A stretch of DNA of 44,764 bases. Origin: an uncultured Bacteriovoracaceae bacterium. GTDB lineage: Bacteria > Bdellovibrionota > Bacteriovoracia > Bacteriovoracales > Bacteriovoracaceae. Below are positions 24,908 to 34,750 of the stretch, piece by piece (position 1 is the stretch's first letter; each line of letters starts with the position of its first letter). The stretch spans positions 1-44,764 of the forward strand of contig CAXGUD010000031.1 in the NCBI GenBank assembly GCA_964012805.1, given 5' to 3'. The notes below the pieces were generated by a model. That model searched no databases. It was not told the origin of the DNA and saw only the letters and a list, made by a program, of their open reading frames with translations. The translations under genes were made by a program, and so were the position numbers.

Positions 24908-26203
24908 GTGGCATCTGACTATGTTTATCAGAGTGGTTTTGGGAATACATTTCAAACAGAGGCCCTTGATGGTGTCCTCCCTAAGGGAAAAAACAACCCA
25001 CAGAGAGTTGCGTTAGGGCTTTATGCTGAACAGCTTAGTGGCTCAGCTTTTACGGCCTCTCGAAAGGAAAACTTTTCAACTTGGTTTTACCGAATTAAGC
25101 CCTCCGTTGCACATGGAACCTTTACTGAGTGGAAAAGTCATCACCCTCTGGCACATGGGCCATTAAACCGAAGACCAACTCCTGAGCAGATGAGATGGAG
25201 TCCTAGACCCTTTCCAGAACAGCCGACAGACTTTATAGATGGTCTTATGAGCGTGGCAGCGCATGGTGATGGAATGGGGCAAACGGGGGCCGCCGTTCAC
25301 CTTTTTCATTGCAACCATCCAATGGCAGGCCGAAGTTTCGTGAATGCTGATGGGGAGATGCTTATTCTTCCTCAAGAAGGTAGCTTATTTGTTAAAACAG
25401 AGTGTGGACTTTTAGAGGGACATCCTGGAGAGGTCTTTCTAATACCCCGGGGGATGAAATTCCAAGTCCATCCAAAAGAGGAGAAGGCAAGAGGTTATAT
25501 TTGTGAAAATTATGGAGCCCCTTTTGAGTTGCCTGACTTAGGGCCGATTGGCTCAAATGGTCTCGCCTCTGCAAGGGACTTTTTAGCTCCTGTCGCCTAT
25601 TTTGAAGACTTAGAGGAAGAGCACGAGTTGATTACTAAATTTTCTGGTGGTCTTTGGAAATGCTCCCTTGATCATTCTCCCTATGATGTGGTGGCATGGC
25701 ATGGCAATTATGCACCTTTTAAATACGACCTCTCTCTTTTTAACACAATAGGAACTGTTAGTTTTGATCACCCAGACCCTTCCATATTTACCGTTTTGAC
25801 ATCAAAATCTGCTGTCCCTGGAGTGGCCAATGTCGACTTTGTTATTTTCCCTCCTAGGTGGATGGTAGGTGAGGACACTTTCAGACCGCCTTATTACCAC
25901 AGAAATATTATGAGTGAGTATATGGGCCTTATTCATGGGGTCTATGATGCCAAAGAAGAGGGGTTCTTACCTGGTGGAGGGAGCCTTCATAATTGTATGA
26001 GTGCTCATGGACCTGATGCGGAGACTTTTAAAAAGGCTAGTGAAGCAGATTTGAGGCCTGAAAAAATAGAGAACACGTTGGCCTTTATGTTTGAGTCAAG
26101 GAGTCCCTGGATTTTAACGGAAGAGGCTGAAAAAGCACCTTTCAGGCAAAGTAATTATTTGGATTGCTGGAAAAACTTACCGAAAGGTTTTAAAGGCCCC
26201 TAA
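24908..26203 (+). CDS. hmgA: Homogentisate 1,2-dioxygenase
   Basis: YQSGFGN, GLYAEQLSGSAFT, ENYG, PDLGPIGSNGLA, VVAWHGNY, FDHPDPSIFTVLT, RPPYYHRNIMSE and HG iron ligands. Start refined to GTG 24908 with AGGAGG (ORF track 24878). Confidence 0.97.
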   Translation: MASDYVYQSGFGNTFQTEALDGVLPKGKNNPQRVALGLYAEQLSGSAFTASRKENFSTWFYRIKPSVAHGTFTEWKSHHPLAHGPLNRRPTPEQMRWSPRPFPEQPTDFIDGLMSVAAHGDGMGQTGAAVHLFHCNHPMAGRSFVNADGEMLILPQEGSLFVKTECGLLEGHPGEVFLIPRGMKFQVHPKEEKARGYICENYGAPFELPDLGPIGSNGLASARDFLAPVAYFEDLEEEHELITKFSGGLWKCSLDHSPYDVVAWHGNYAPFKYDLSLFNTIGTVSFDHPDPSIFTVLTSKSAVPGVANVDFVIFPPRWMVGEDTFRPPYYHRNIMSEYMGLIHGVYDAKEEGFLPGGGSLHNCMSAHGPDAETFKKASEADLRPEKIENTLAFMFESRSPWILTEEAEKAPFRQSNYLDCWKNLPKGFKGP

Positions 26204-26819
26204 TCTTAAACTGAATATGGTCAGAAATAACAAGCGGCTTATTTTTATGGTCATTAAAGACAATTTGCCCCTCTAGAGGATTCCTTAAAAAGAAGTCTTT
26301 AACCGTTTTGTCTAGCAGAGAGTGTCCAGATGACTTTGTCATTTTGTAACGAAAGGTCTGACCTTTTGGGGTGAGGGTGAGTGTGTAGTGAACTTTTCCT
26401 TCCATGTTCTTAACAATAGCAGCATAAGGATACGGGATTTTTCCTTTAATGATGCCCTTTAACTTTGAAATAATGGAAGGTTTAAAGACCTTTTTGCTTT
26501 TTGTTTCTGTTTTCTCTTCTAATTTTTTTTCAACCTGACTTTTTTGTGCATCTTTTTGCCTTTTCTTACCTATCTTCTTCTCTCTTTTATGAGAAGGCTT
26601 TTGAGGTTTATCCAAAAGGGTTTTTTTATTGAATGTTTTTTTCGCTTTCCCCATTTGTAAGGCGTCTTTTAAATACAACTTCATTTTATAGGGTTGATCT
26701 TTTATAGAAGGACTAGGTATTTGGGTATGCTTTTTAGTATTGAAAAAAAAGTTTATTAGGCCAATAAAAGAAATATTAAGAAGAAGGCTTAAAAGAAAGG
26801 GTTTTACTAGTTTCATCAA
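26190..26819 (-). CDS. tonB: TonB-family energy transducer
   Basis: N-terminal TM anchor, Lys-rich linker and TonB C-terminal domain (YPYAA...EGKV...SSGHSLLD). Directly downstream of a TonB-dependent receptor. Confidence 0.82.
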   Translation of the reverse strand: MMKLVKPFLLSLLLNISFIGLINFFFNTKKHTQIPSPSIKDQPYKMKLYLKDALQMGKAKKTFNKKTLLDKPQKPSHKREKKIGKKRQKDAQKSQVEKKLEEKTETKSKKVFKPSIISKLKGIIKGKIPYPYAAIVKNMEGKVHYTLTLTPKGQTFRYKMTKSSGHSLLDKTVKDFFLRNPLEGQIVFNDHKNKPLVISDHIQFKIRGL

Positions 26820-26827
26820 TATCTTCC

Positions 26828-28579
26828 TTAAAAAAGCATTGATGCTTTTAAAAAATAATGCCGACCTTTTGTTTGGTAACCTTCTTTAAGGACGTAACTC
26901 TGGTTAAAAAGGTTGTTCACTTTTAAAAGAAGAGTCGTTTTTTGGTTCAGCCTGTGTCCAATAGAGGTGTCAACAAGAGAAAAATCTTGAGTCTTGGTGG
27001 ACGTTTTGTATTTACCGAATGCTTTTATATTGTTCATCCAAAACCACTTTTGGGTATTCAAGTCTGTCGTGATCCCCAGATGGGATCTTGAAATACCCTG
27101 GATATCATGTGTTTCTCTTTTAGAGTTTATTCCTCTTGTTATATTTAAAAAGCCTTTCAGCCTAAGAAATGGGTTTATTTTTTTTTGAAAAAACCACTCA
27201 GTTCCAAAAAGATCTCTTTGGTCCTTTTCCATTTTATAAAGGCGTGTTTCTTCTTCCCAACCGATTGTTTCCCGGTACCTGGTGTAAAAGAGATCTGCTC
27301 CGTAGAGTGAGTTGGGTGCATTTTTTTCAATGCCAAATGTGAACTGGTCAATTTTTTCTGAACTTAACGGCGTTTTTTGGGCATAAATTTGATTGAGGGA
27401 TGGTGGAGTATAGGTCCTACTTCCCTTCATTGTGATGTACCAGTTATCTTCCAAAGTTTTTGTGAGTTTTAAAAAAGGTGAAAGGTGACCTATAAACTTA
27501 GGAGAACTTTCATACCTTCCTCCTATATCTATAGCCGTGTCTTTTAATGTCCACTTGTGCTGATAAAAGGCGTGATTCATGGAAAGCGAAAGTTGTTTGT
27601 TAGTATAGTTTGATTTCTTTGTTCCGAAACCAAGGAGTCCATTATGGTTTTTGTTTATATAAAGTTTCGCCCTAGCTTTAAAGCTTGCATTTGATCCCTT
27701 GAATAACTTATATCCAGGCCAACCTTCTGGGTAAGACCTCTTGAAATATACTTTATCAGCCCAAAGGGTAAGGTCCATAAGGTCTAAAAAGAGCTCTTTT
27801 TCGGCCCTAATTGACATGATTTGTGTTTGAGAAAAACTCTTATAATCTTTTTCTGGTTGAAATATTTGATCATAACGTTCTTTTACTTCATCGTGCCTTA
27901 CATTTGCTTCTAGTTTCCATCTTTTTATATTTGATGAAAACCTGAGAGCTCCATTTTTCTTGGCCGTATCATCAAGGTCTTCATTGTTACCTTTCATTGA
28001 ACTTATATTGTTGCTTTTTTGAAAACTAGCTTGAAGTCCAAAAGAAGGCTTATTGAGTCCTAGGGATATTTTTGAACTTCCATAGGAGCCAGATCCAATT
28101 TGAAAAATATTCTTGTTCTTAAGAGTTTTTATCTTTATGACGGCTGCAACAGCATTAGGCCCTTCAGAGACCGAGTTGTGTCCTTTTTCAACGACAATGC
28201 TCTCAATATGGTCAATGGGAACTTGAGAAAAAAGGGCCTGGCCTCCAGGGGCTGTTGGATCATTGAGTGAAACGCCATCAATTAAAATTTGGACGTGGCG
28301 GCTTTCCTTAAAACCTCTAAAACGAGTTTCAACAAAACTTCCACTTGCCGTATGGTGAAACCCTGGAATGGTATTCAAAAGGTCTGAGATATTCTCAATA
28401 TTGAGCCTTTCAAGATAGTCTCTTTTATAAGTAACTGTCTCAACACTTGTTTTTGAAAAAGGGCTTTGGATTTTTTTTGCTTGTACAAGGATCTGGGGTT
28501 TTCCAAGTTCTGGGATTAAAAAAAAAGCCAATACCATGGTCATTTTATATATTGAGGTTTTAAAGTTTATTAAATTCAT
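26828..28579 (-). CDS. TonB-dependent outer membrane receptor (compact, BtuB-like size)
   Basis: Signal peptide, TonB-box-like ILVQA, plug motifs LLNTIPG, FRGF, ILIDGV, IESIVVEKG and GPNA, and C-terminal VNNLFN...GR...F. Substrate unknown. Confidence 0.88.
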   Translation of the reverse strand: MNLINFKTSIYKMTMVLAFFLIPELGKPQILVQAKKIQSPFSKTSVETVTYKRDYLERLNIENISDLLNTIPGFHHTASGSFVETRFRGFKESRHVQILIDGVSLNDPTAPGGQALFSQVPIDHIESIVVEKGHNSVSEGPNAVAAVIKIKTLKNKNIFQIGSGSYGSSKISLGLNKPSFGLQASFQKSNNISSMKGNNEDLDDTAKKNGALRFSSNIKRWKLEANVRHDEVKERYDQIFQPEKDYKSFSQTQIMSIRAEKELFLDLMDLTLWADKVYFKRSYPEGWPGYKLFKGSNASFKARAKLYINKNHNGLLGFGTKKSNYTNKQLSLSMNHAFYQHKWTLKDTAIDIGGRYESSPKFIGHLSPFLKLTKTLEDNWYITMKGSRTYTPPSLNQIYAQKTPLSSEKIDQFTFGIEKNAPNSLYGADLFYTRYRETIGWEEETRLYKMEKDQRDLFGTEWFFQKKINPFLRLKGFLNITRGINSKRETHDIQGISRSHLGITTDLNTQKWFWMNNIKAFGKYKTSTKTQDFSLVDTSIGHRLNQKTTLLLKVNNLFNQSYVLKEGYQTKGRHYFLKASMLF

Positions 28580-28806
28580 TAATTGGTTACCTCATTTAAG
28601 TTTTTAGAGTTGTAGCGTGTTCTACTTAGTTGGTTTATGGCCAATTTTTTCTTTAAAAGGAAGAGGAACTTTGAAAGTGTGCAATTTTGTGGGTGTTTTA
28701 TTGCGATGCGTAGTTGATTTTTTGGTGCTTAGAATATTTAGAGAACACAACTTTTAAAGTAAAGTTGTGTCTTTCCATGAAACTTCTTTATAAAAGGATG
28801 ACACTT

Positions 28807-29145
28807 ATGAGAAAAACTTTTTTAGTACTTACTTTTTTGATCTTCAGTTTCCCAGCGTTTTGTCTAAGCTCAAATGATATGGCCTTTCAATGCCATAGTG
28901 AAGACTTTGTTTGGAGAGTGGAAAAAGAAAAAGGGAAAGAAGTTTTTGCTTTTTGGTATAAGGATCGTCTTGTAGCTTTTAGGCACCTTTTATGGGTGGA
29001 GGACCAATTTTTCACAAACAATTATGACTTGGATTTTAGAGTGACCTTTGAACAGGGTTTACAAAAAGGGCATCTAACTGGGAGTCTGATGGGGAAAAGC
29101 TGGGTTTTGAAAAACCTTATTTGTCAGGGCTTATCAAAGCGATAA
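28807..29145 (+). CDS. Small secreted hypothetical protein
   Basis: From ATG 28807, MRKTFLVLTFLIFSFPAFC is a signal peptide, and two Cys lie near the ends of the mature chain (ORF track 28714). Confidence 0.65.
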   Translation: MRKTFLVLTFLIFSFPAFCLSSNDMAFQCHSEDFVWRVEKEKGKEVFAFWYKDRLVAFRHLLWVEDQFFTNNYDLDFRVTFEQGLQKGHLTGSLMGKSWVLKNLICQGLSKR

Positions 29146-29155
29146 AAACAAGTGC

Positions 29156-30814
29156 TCATTCTATTTCGTAAATAACGTCTTTTTCATCTTCAAGCCACTT
29201 TTCGAAAAATTTTTTGAATTTATTTTCAATAGGTGTTCTTTTGAGTTTTAACGTTGGTGTGAGAAGACCATTTTCATCACTCCAATCATTTTGAATGATT
29301 ATCACCTTCTCAATTTTTTCGTGGTTTTGTAGGCTTTGATTAATGGACTCTTTGAGGGCAAAAAGATCTTTTTTTACATTTTCAGTTGGAAATGCCGTAT
29401 CCATTTCTTCCAGGACAACAAGGGCAAGGGGTCCTGGAAGGCCGTTTCCGACTACACAGACCTGTTTAATGAGTGGTGATTCCATGTAAAGGCCTTCAAT
29501 CTTTTTCGGAGAAATGAACTTTCCTTTTGTTGTTTTAAAAATGTCCTTTTTCCTTCCCAGAATTTTTAGTCGTCCTTGATCATCGGTTTCACCAAGGTCC
29601 CCAGTTTTGAAAAAGCTTCCTTGAAGATCATTTAGGGTCCTTTCTGGGTCCTTAAAATAACCCTTGAAATTGCACGGGCTTTTAACAAGAACTTCTCCAT
29701 CAGGAGCAAGCTGGACTTCCACTTCAGGGTAGGGTTTTCCAACAGTTCCAAAATAACTCGGGGACTCAAGGTTACCATGTGAATAAGTCAGGTTTTCAGT
29801 CATTCCATAACACTCTATAATGGAAATATCCAAAGTCTGGTACCACTCAAGAAGTTCTTTATTAATAGGAGCTGCACCTGAAATTGCAAATTGGACTCTT
29901 GAAAAGCCAATTTTATTTTTAAGTCTTTTCTTAATGAAGTTATTGAGGACAGGTATTTTAAGAAGAAAAGAAAGTCTATTTTGGGGCAATCTTTGTAAAA
30001 TCTTTGTTTGAATGCTCTCCCAAATGAAAGGAACCGCTAGAAAAATAGTCGGCCTAACTTTTCTAAGATTTTCTGGAAAAGTGGCCTTATTTTCTAAAAA
30101 GGAAATAGAGGCGTTAATATATAGAGAACCTATTTCTATAAGAGCTCTTTCTGCAACATGTGCGAGGGGAAGGTAAGAAAAAAAGTGTTGATCTCCTTCA
30201 AGGTTAATTATCTCTAACACATTCTTTGCGGCATATGAAAATGATTCGAATGTATGCATAACTCCTTTAGGTTGTCCGGTTGTTCCTGATGTATAGATAA
30301 TAGTCGCTATCTCGTGTCCTTCCCTTTTAATGTTTTGATTAAATGGCCTAAACTCAGAGCAGATTTTATCCCAAGAAAGGTCCATTTTTTCGTTATGTGG
30401 TGGAAGAAACACTTTTTTTAGCTTTTTTGGAAAGACATCTTTTATTTTTTCCCAGTCTTTTCCTTTTTCAATAAAGATCATCTGAACTTCTGAGTGTTCA
30501 AGAAGTAACTTGAGAGAAGCTGGGTCTAAGTTTGGGAAAAGTGGTACTGAAATATGTCCACTAAGCCAGATCGCTAGATCTGTCATCACCCAGTAGGCTG
30601 AATTTTTAGAGCAAATGGCTATATTACTTCTTGATGGGAGGTCTTGAACCATCAGAAAGCTGGCCATAGACCTTACTTGCTTAGAAACTTCAATCCACAT
30701 AAGGTCTTTCCATTTACCTCTTTGCGGCTGCCTTAGGTAAGTTTTGTAAGGTGTTTCTTTTTCCCAGTGATAAAATTGCTCTAAGGGAAGCTTAAATTCC
30801 ATTTTTTGCTCCAC
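29156..30814 (-). CDS. Long-chain fatty acid-CoA ligase (AMP-binding, FadD/FAA1-like)
   Basis: IIYTSGTTGQPKGVM, YLPLAHVAER, YGMTE, KTGDLG, GRKKD and LLTPTLKLKR. Confidence 0.93.
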   Translation of the reverse strand: MEQKMEFKLPLEQFYHWEKETPYKTYLRQPQRGKWKDLMWIEVSKQVRSMASFLMVQDLPSRSNIAICSKNSAYWVMTDLAIWLSGHISVPLFPNLDPASLKLLLEHSEVQMIFIEKGKDWEKIKDVFPKKLKKVFLPPHNEKMDLSWDKICSEFRPFNQNIKREGHEIATIIYTSGTTGQPKGVMHTFESFSYAAKNVLEIINLEGDQHFFSYLPLAHVAERALIEIGSLYINASISFLENKATFPENLRKVRPTIFLAVPFIWESIQTKILQRLPQNRLSFLLKIPVLNNFIKKRLKNKIGFSRVQFAISGAAPINKELLEWYQTLDISIIECYGMTENLTYSHGNLESPSYFGTVGKPYPEVEVQLAPDGEVLVKSPCNFKGYFKDPERTLNDLQGSFFKTGDLGETDDQGRLKILGRKKDIFKTTKGKFISPKKIEGLYMESPLIKQVCVVGNGLPGPLALVVLEEMDTAFPTENVKKDLFALKESINQSLQNHEKIEKVIIIQNDWSDENGLLTPTLKLKRTPIENKFKKFFEKWLEDEKDVIYEIE

Positions 30815-30880
30815 TTTAAATTTAATTTAAAAGTTTTAAATCCTTATGAGACTATGATTATGGTATAAATAAGTAAAGGA

Positions 30881-32794
30881 TTGATTGAAATGAATGATGG
30901 TAGCTTTTCAAGAAAAAAGTTTCTTTTTATCTTTACTATTTTCTTTGGTTTTTTCCTTCTAAATAAGGTCTTTCATTTTCCTAAGTTTAAAAATGAATCG
31001 CTGTATAAACCACCTGAAAAGGTTTCTTTAGGGGCTGGGTGGGAAAGTCAAAATAATTCAGCAAATAGAGCTTTTAAAGCAGCTCATAGTGATTTTCACA
31101 ACTCTGATCAGGTAAGCACTATTTTGGGTCCTGAAGTTAAGCTTGATTGGATAACAGAGAAAGATAAGTTTATTGTAGAAGGACCTACTGTAGACGTTGC
31201 TGGTAATTTGTACTTCAGTCCTCTTTGGTCGCCTGAGGAGGTAATTTTAATTTCGTTAGAACCGAAAAAGGGGAAGCGTAGATGGTCACTTCCCGGTTAT
31301 GGGCATGGAGCAGGAGCTCCCCTGATCTTAAAAGATCCGAAAAGTTTAAAAGAAATTGTATACGTTTCCGTTTACCACAAAGCGTATGCTCTATCGACTG
31401 AAGGAAAAGTTTTGTGGGAGGTCTCAACAGGACTTAAGGAGCCAAAAAGGGGAAGCCGGCATAGAGATTACCACTGTTTTGGTCTTAACTACTTAAAAAA
31501 GTATGATGCTTTAGTTGGGCTTATGGGTGATGGGAATCTTGTGGTGCTTGATAGGTCAACTGGAAAAAACCTCCTGGAGAAACCTTATGTTTTACCTGGT
31601 TCACCATCGGGGCCTTCAGATTTTAATAAAAAAGGACCGCCAAAGTGGATAAAAGATAGAGCGGATCAGGTTCTTTACCCATTGGCCCATGGAAGGAGTA
31701 CAAAGAAGCCTTTTAGTGATCTTGTTGACGTTTTATTAGGAGGTGGAACAAGGGTTGCTAACTACTTCTCTATTGATCAAATTTCGGGTAGGGTATGGGC
31801 CGCGGCTACAGCTCCCGACGGCGTTGATCATAAAATTGATGACCTTTCAGATTTTGGGGCCCTTTATGGCCTGGATTTGGTTAAAGAGGGACAGTTTTTT
31901 AAATTAAACTTGTCATGCGAATTCTTTTTTCCTGGAGGTTCGGGCTCGACTCCGGCTCTAACTGGTGACGGAAAAAGAGTTTATGTCGGGACGGGAAAAA
32001 ACTCTCTAGCAGCAATAGATTCGAAAAAGTGTAAAAAAGTATGGGATTTCAAGGTCCCTTCTCAAATAGTTGCTTCTCCAGCGGTGGACCAATCAACTCA
32101 AGAACTTTATATTCCAACTTCATTCTCTATCATAAAGATTAGAGACTTAGGTCTACGGGCCGAAAAAGTTTGGGTTAGTCAGTTTAATAATTTCAAGCTG
32201 GCGATTTTTCAAAAATCTTTTCAAATGTTAACACCTCTTATAACACCAAATGGTATCGTAACTTTTTTTGGCGCTGGCTATAAGAGAAATGTTGTTCCAA
32301 TCCCTCTCGTTCTGGGAATAGGACTTTTAGATAAAATGTCTGGAAAAATTCGTTACTATTCAAAGGCAAGAGAAGAGTCTGTTGGCATTTTAAGTATGGG
32401 GCAAGAAGGTGCCTTGTATGTGACTCATTCTCCTGTCAGAAGGGCCGTTTCAAGAAGCCTCTTTTCAAATTTAGTTGACCCCTTAGTGGGAGGTGTCGCC
32501 AAGTACAGCGCAAGTCCATCGAAGATTTATCTTAAGGAGATTGTTCTTACTATTTTAGCATATGAAAAAAATATTGGTGTAGGAAAGGTTGGAAAATTTT
32601 GGAGAGATACACTTCTAGATGTTTTAAATCAAGGTCGAGAGGTTTTAGCAGCATTAGAGTTAAACTCTTCTTTCTCTAAAGACCGAGTCGATAAAATGAA
32701 GGCGCATTTTAAAAGTGCTAAACTTTCTCTTGAAAAAAGTGAGACGCTAACTTTCTTTTCTTCTGTTAGGAAGTTAAATAAACAAATAAATTAA
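30881..32794 (+). CDS. Exported PQQ-like beta-propeller repeat protein
   Basis: N-terminal TM/signal. Trp-docking blade repeats GKRRWS, GKVLWE, KKVWDF and EKVWV with STPA/ASPA motifs; helical C-terminal tail. Confidence 0.7.
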   Translation: MIEMNDGSFSRKKFLFIFTIFFGFFLLNKVFHFPKFKNESLYKPPEKVSLGAGWESQNNSANRAFKAAHSDFHNSDQVSTILGPEVKLDWITEKDKFIVEGPTVDVAGNLYFSPLWSPEEVILISLEPKKGKRRWSLPGYGHGAGAPLILKDPKSLKEIVYVSVYHKAYALSTEGKVLWEVSTGLKEPKRGSRHRDYHCFGLNYLKKYDALVGLMGDGNLVVLDRSTGKNLLEKPYVLPGSPSGPSDFNKKGPPKWIKDRADQVLYPLAHGRSTKKPFSDLVDVLLGGGTRVANYFSIDQISGRVWAAATAPDGVDHKIDDLSDFGALYGLDLVKEGQFFKLNLSCEFFFPGGSGSTPALTGDGKRVYVGTGKNSLAAIDSKKCKKVWDFKVPSQIVASPAVDQSTQELYIPTSFSIIKIRDLGLRAEKVWVSQFNNFKLAIFQKSFQMLTPLITPNGIVTFFGAGYKRNVVPIPLVLGIGLLDKMSGKIRYYSKAREESVGILSMGQEGALYVTHSPVRRAVSRSLFSNLVDPLVGGVAKYSASPSKIYLKEIVLTILAYEKNIGVGKVGKFWRDTLLDVLNQGREVLAALELNSSFSKDRVDKMKAHFKSAKLSLEKSETLTFFSSVRKLNKQIN

Positions 32795-32832
32795 AGCGTT
32801 TTAAAAAACTCCGTTCGATAGTCTTGTTTTAG

Positions 32833-34602
32833 ATGGAGACACCTTTTTTGAAAAAATTAGAAAATGGAACTCGTTTATTTTTATCGTTACTTGTTTTGAA
32901 TTTTACTCTCTTTTCAGCCGTTTCTTGTAAAAAGGATGATTCTTTTAAAGACTTTTCAAACAGGAAAATTACCCATACGAATGTTTTAGAAGATCAAAAA
33001 AAACAATTTGTAAAAGGAGTCTATAAGGTTACAGATGGTGTTTATGTCGCTGTTGGGTTTGGCTTGGCCAATTCTATTTTAATTCTGGGGCCAACTGGAA
33101 AAGTTATAATTGATGTTATGGGAGATATGAAGAGAGCAAAGGAAGTCAAAAAAGAATTTGATAAGATTTCATCTCTTCCATTAAAGGGAATCATTTATAC
33201 CCACAATCATAGCGATCATATATTCGGAGGTGAAGCTTTTTCAGAAGGAAAAGAGATTCCTGTTTACGCTCACAAAAAAACAAAACAGGCGATTGATAAA
33301 ATAATAAGTAAGTTAGAACTAGCGATTCGTGTCCGTTCTTATAGGATGTTCGGGAATTTTTTAAATAAAGAACATTTGAGTCACGCAGGGATTGGTCCTT
33401 TTTTAGAAATAAATGATGAAAGCCAATTAGGGCTCCTCTACCCAACCCACACTTTTGAAAAAAAATTAGAAATAAATATTGGAGGCCTTGATATTGAACT
33501 GAACTATGCTCCTGGTGAAACTGATGATCAAATCTTTGTTTATATACCAAGTAAAAAGGCCCTTTTTCCAGGCGATAATTACTACCACTCCTTTCCAAAT
33601 CTTTACACGATTAGGGGAACGGCTTATCGAGATGTTCGTCATTGGTCTAATAGCCTTGACCTTATGATAAAAAAGAAACCTCACTTTCTTATACCTAGTC
33701 ATACCATGCCTCTTAAAGGTGAGGAAACTATTAGGGAAAACCTTTCTAATTATCGAGATGCGATCAGGTTTGTTCATGATCAGACGATTCGAGGAATAAA
33801 TAAGGGAATGACTCCAGATGAACTTGTTGAATTTGTTAAACTTCCTGAGGTTTATACTTCTAAACCTTATTTAGCTGAAGTTTATGGTAAAGTAGAGTGG
33901 GCAGTAAGGTCGATTTTCTCTGGGCACTTAGGCTGGTTTAATGGTCATTCAAAGTCGTTATATTCTATACCTAAAAACAAAAGATCTCACTATTTTAAAG
34001 AACTTTTGGGTGGTAAAGAAAATCTTTTCAAAGCTGCCAAGCAAGCTTTCACAAAAAAAAGGTATCTATTTTCTTTAGAGTTGATAGACCTTTTTTTAAA
34101 TCTCGAGCCGAAAAACAAAAGTGGTAAAAACCTTAAAAAGGAAATTCTTATAAAATTATCTGAAAAGGAAACTAATATAAATGCTCGTCATTACTTTTTA
34201 ACACGGGCCCAAGAATTGGAACAGGATAATCTTCCTTATGGAAGACCTAAGTTAAGTAATAATATGGTGGACTCTTTAGACCTTAAGCTCGTTTTTGATA
34301 TTTTCAGTGTTAATTTTGCGCAAGAAAAGGCTGAGGGCCTAAAGCAAAGAGTCGGTTTTGAGTTCACTAATCCAAACCAATCCTTTACTCTTTTGGTTAG
34401 GAATGGGGTCGCTAAAAGTTATAAAGGACTAATTGGAAAATTGGACGTTCATATGAAGTGTCCGAGTCGGTTATTCAAAAACTTTATAGTAAAAAATACA
34501 TCGGTTTTAAAACTCTTGGCAACATGTTCATATCCCATAGGAAACTCTATAAAAATGGCCAGGTTTTTGTCATTGTTTAAACCTTCACGTTTTAAAAATT
34601 AA
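32833..34602 (+). CDS. Alkyl/aryl-sulfatase (SdsA1/BDS1-like MBL fold), probable lipoprotein
   Basis: YTHNHSDHIFG, APGETDD, GDNYY.SFPNLYTIRG, PSH, YRDAIRFVHDQT, GWFNG and a C-terminal SCP2-like region. Lipobox-like AVSC. Confidence 0.9.
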   Translation: METPFLKKLENGTRLFLSLLVLNFTLFSAVSCKKDDSFKDFSNRKITHTNVLEDQKKQFVKGVYKVTDGVYVAVGFGLANSILILGPTGKVIIDVMGDMKRAKEVKKEFDKISSLPLKGIIYTHNHSDHIFGGEAFSEGKEIPVYAHKKTKQAIDKIISKLELAIRVRSYRMFGNFLNKEHLSHAGIGPFLEINDESQLGLLYPTHTFEKKLEINIGGLDIELNYAPGETDDQIFVYIPSKKALFPGDNYYHSFPNLYTIRGTAYRDVRHWSNSLDLMIKKKPHFLIPSHTMPLKGEETIRENLSNYRDAIRFVHDQTIRGINKGMTPDELVEFVKLPEVYTSKPYLAEVYGKVEWAVRSIFSGHLGWFNGHSKSLYSIPKNKRSHYFKELLGGKENLFKAAKQAFTKKRYLFSLELIDLFLNLEPKNKSGKNLKKEILIKLSEKETNINARHYFLTRAQELEQDNLPYGRPKLSNNMVDSLDLKLVFDIFSVNFAQEKAEGLKQRVGFEFTNPNQSFTLLVRNGVAKSYKGLIGKLDVHMKCPSRLFKNFIVKNTSVLKLLATCSYPIGNSIKMARFLSLFKPSRFKN

Positions 34603-34750
34603 GAACTATGAACACCTTTTTAAAACTCTTTTAAATGTAGCCGACTACAGTGCTTTGGAATCTCTATTAGCCGATAATGATTCAAGTCTCCCTCCTTGAA
34701 ACCGATAAAAACAGCGTATTAAAATTATAAAAAGGTTAGCAGGAACCTAT

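Noticed and set aside
28580..28806. Cobalamin riboswitch or Fur box upstream of the BtuB-sized TonB receptor
   Set aside because: No B12-box or GGGAA/GCCACTG core is visible on the minus strand and there is no convincing Fur 19-mer, so the receptor substrate is left unassigned.
33191..33777. 135-aa and 103-aa antisense ORFs inside the alkylsulfatase gene, and the other short nested ORFs in the track
   Set aside because: They are fully nested in confidently assigned genes and are expected shadow ORFs.
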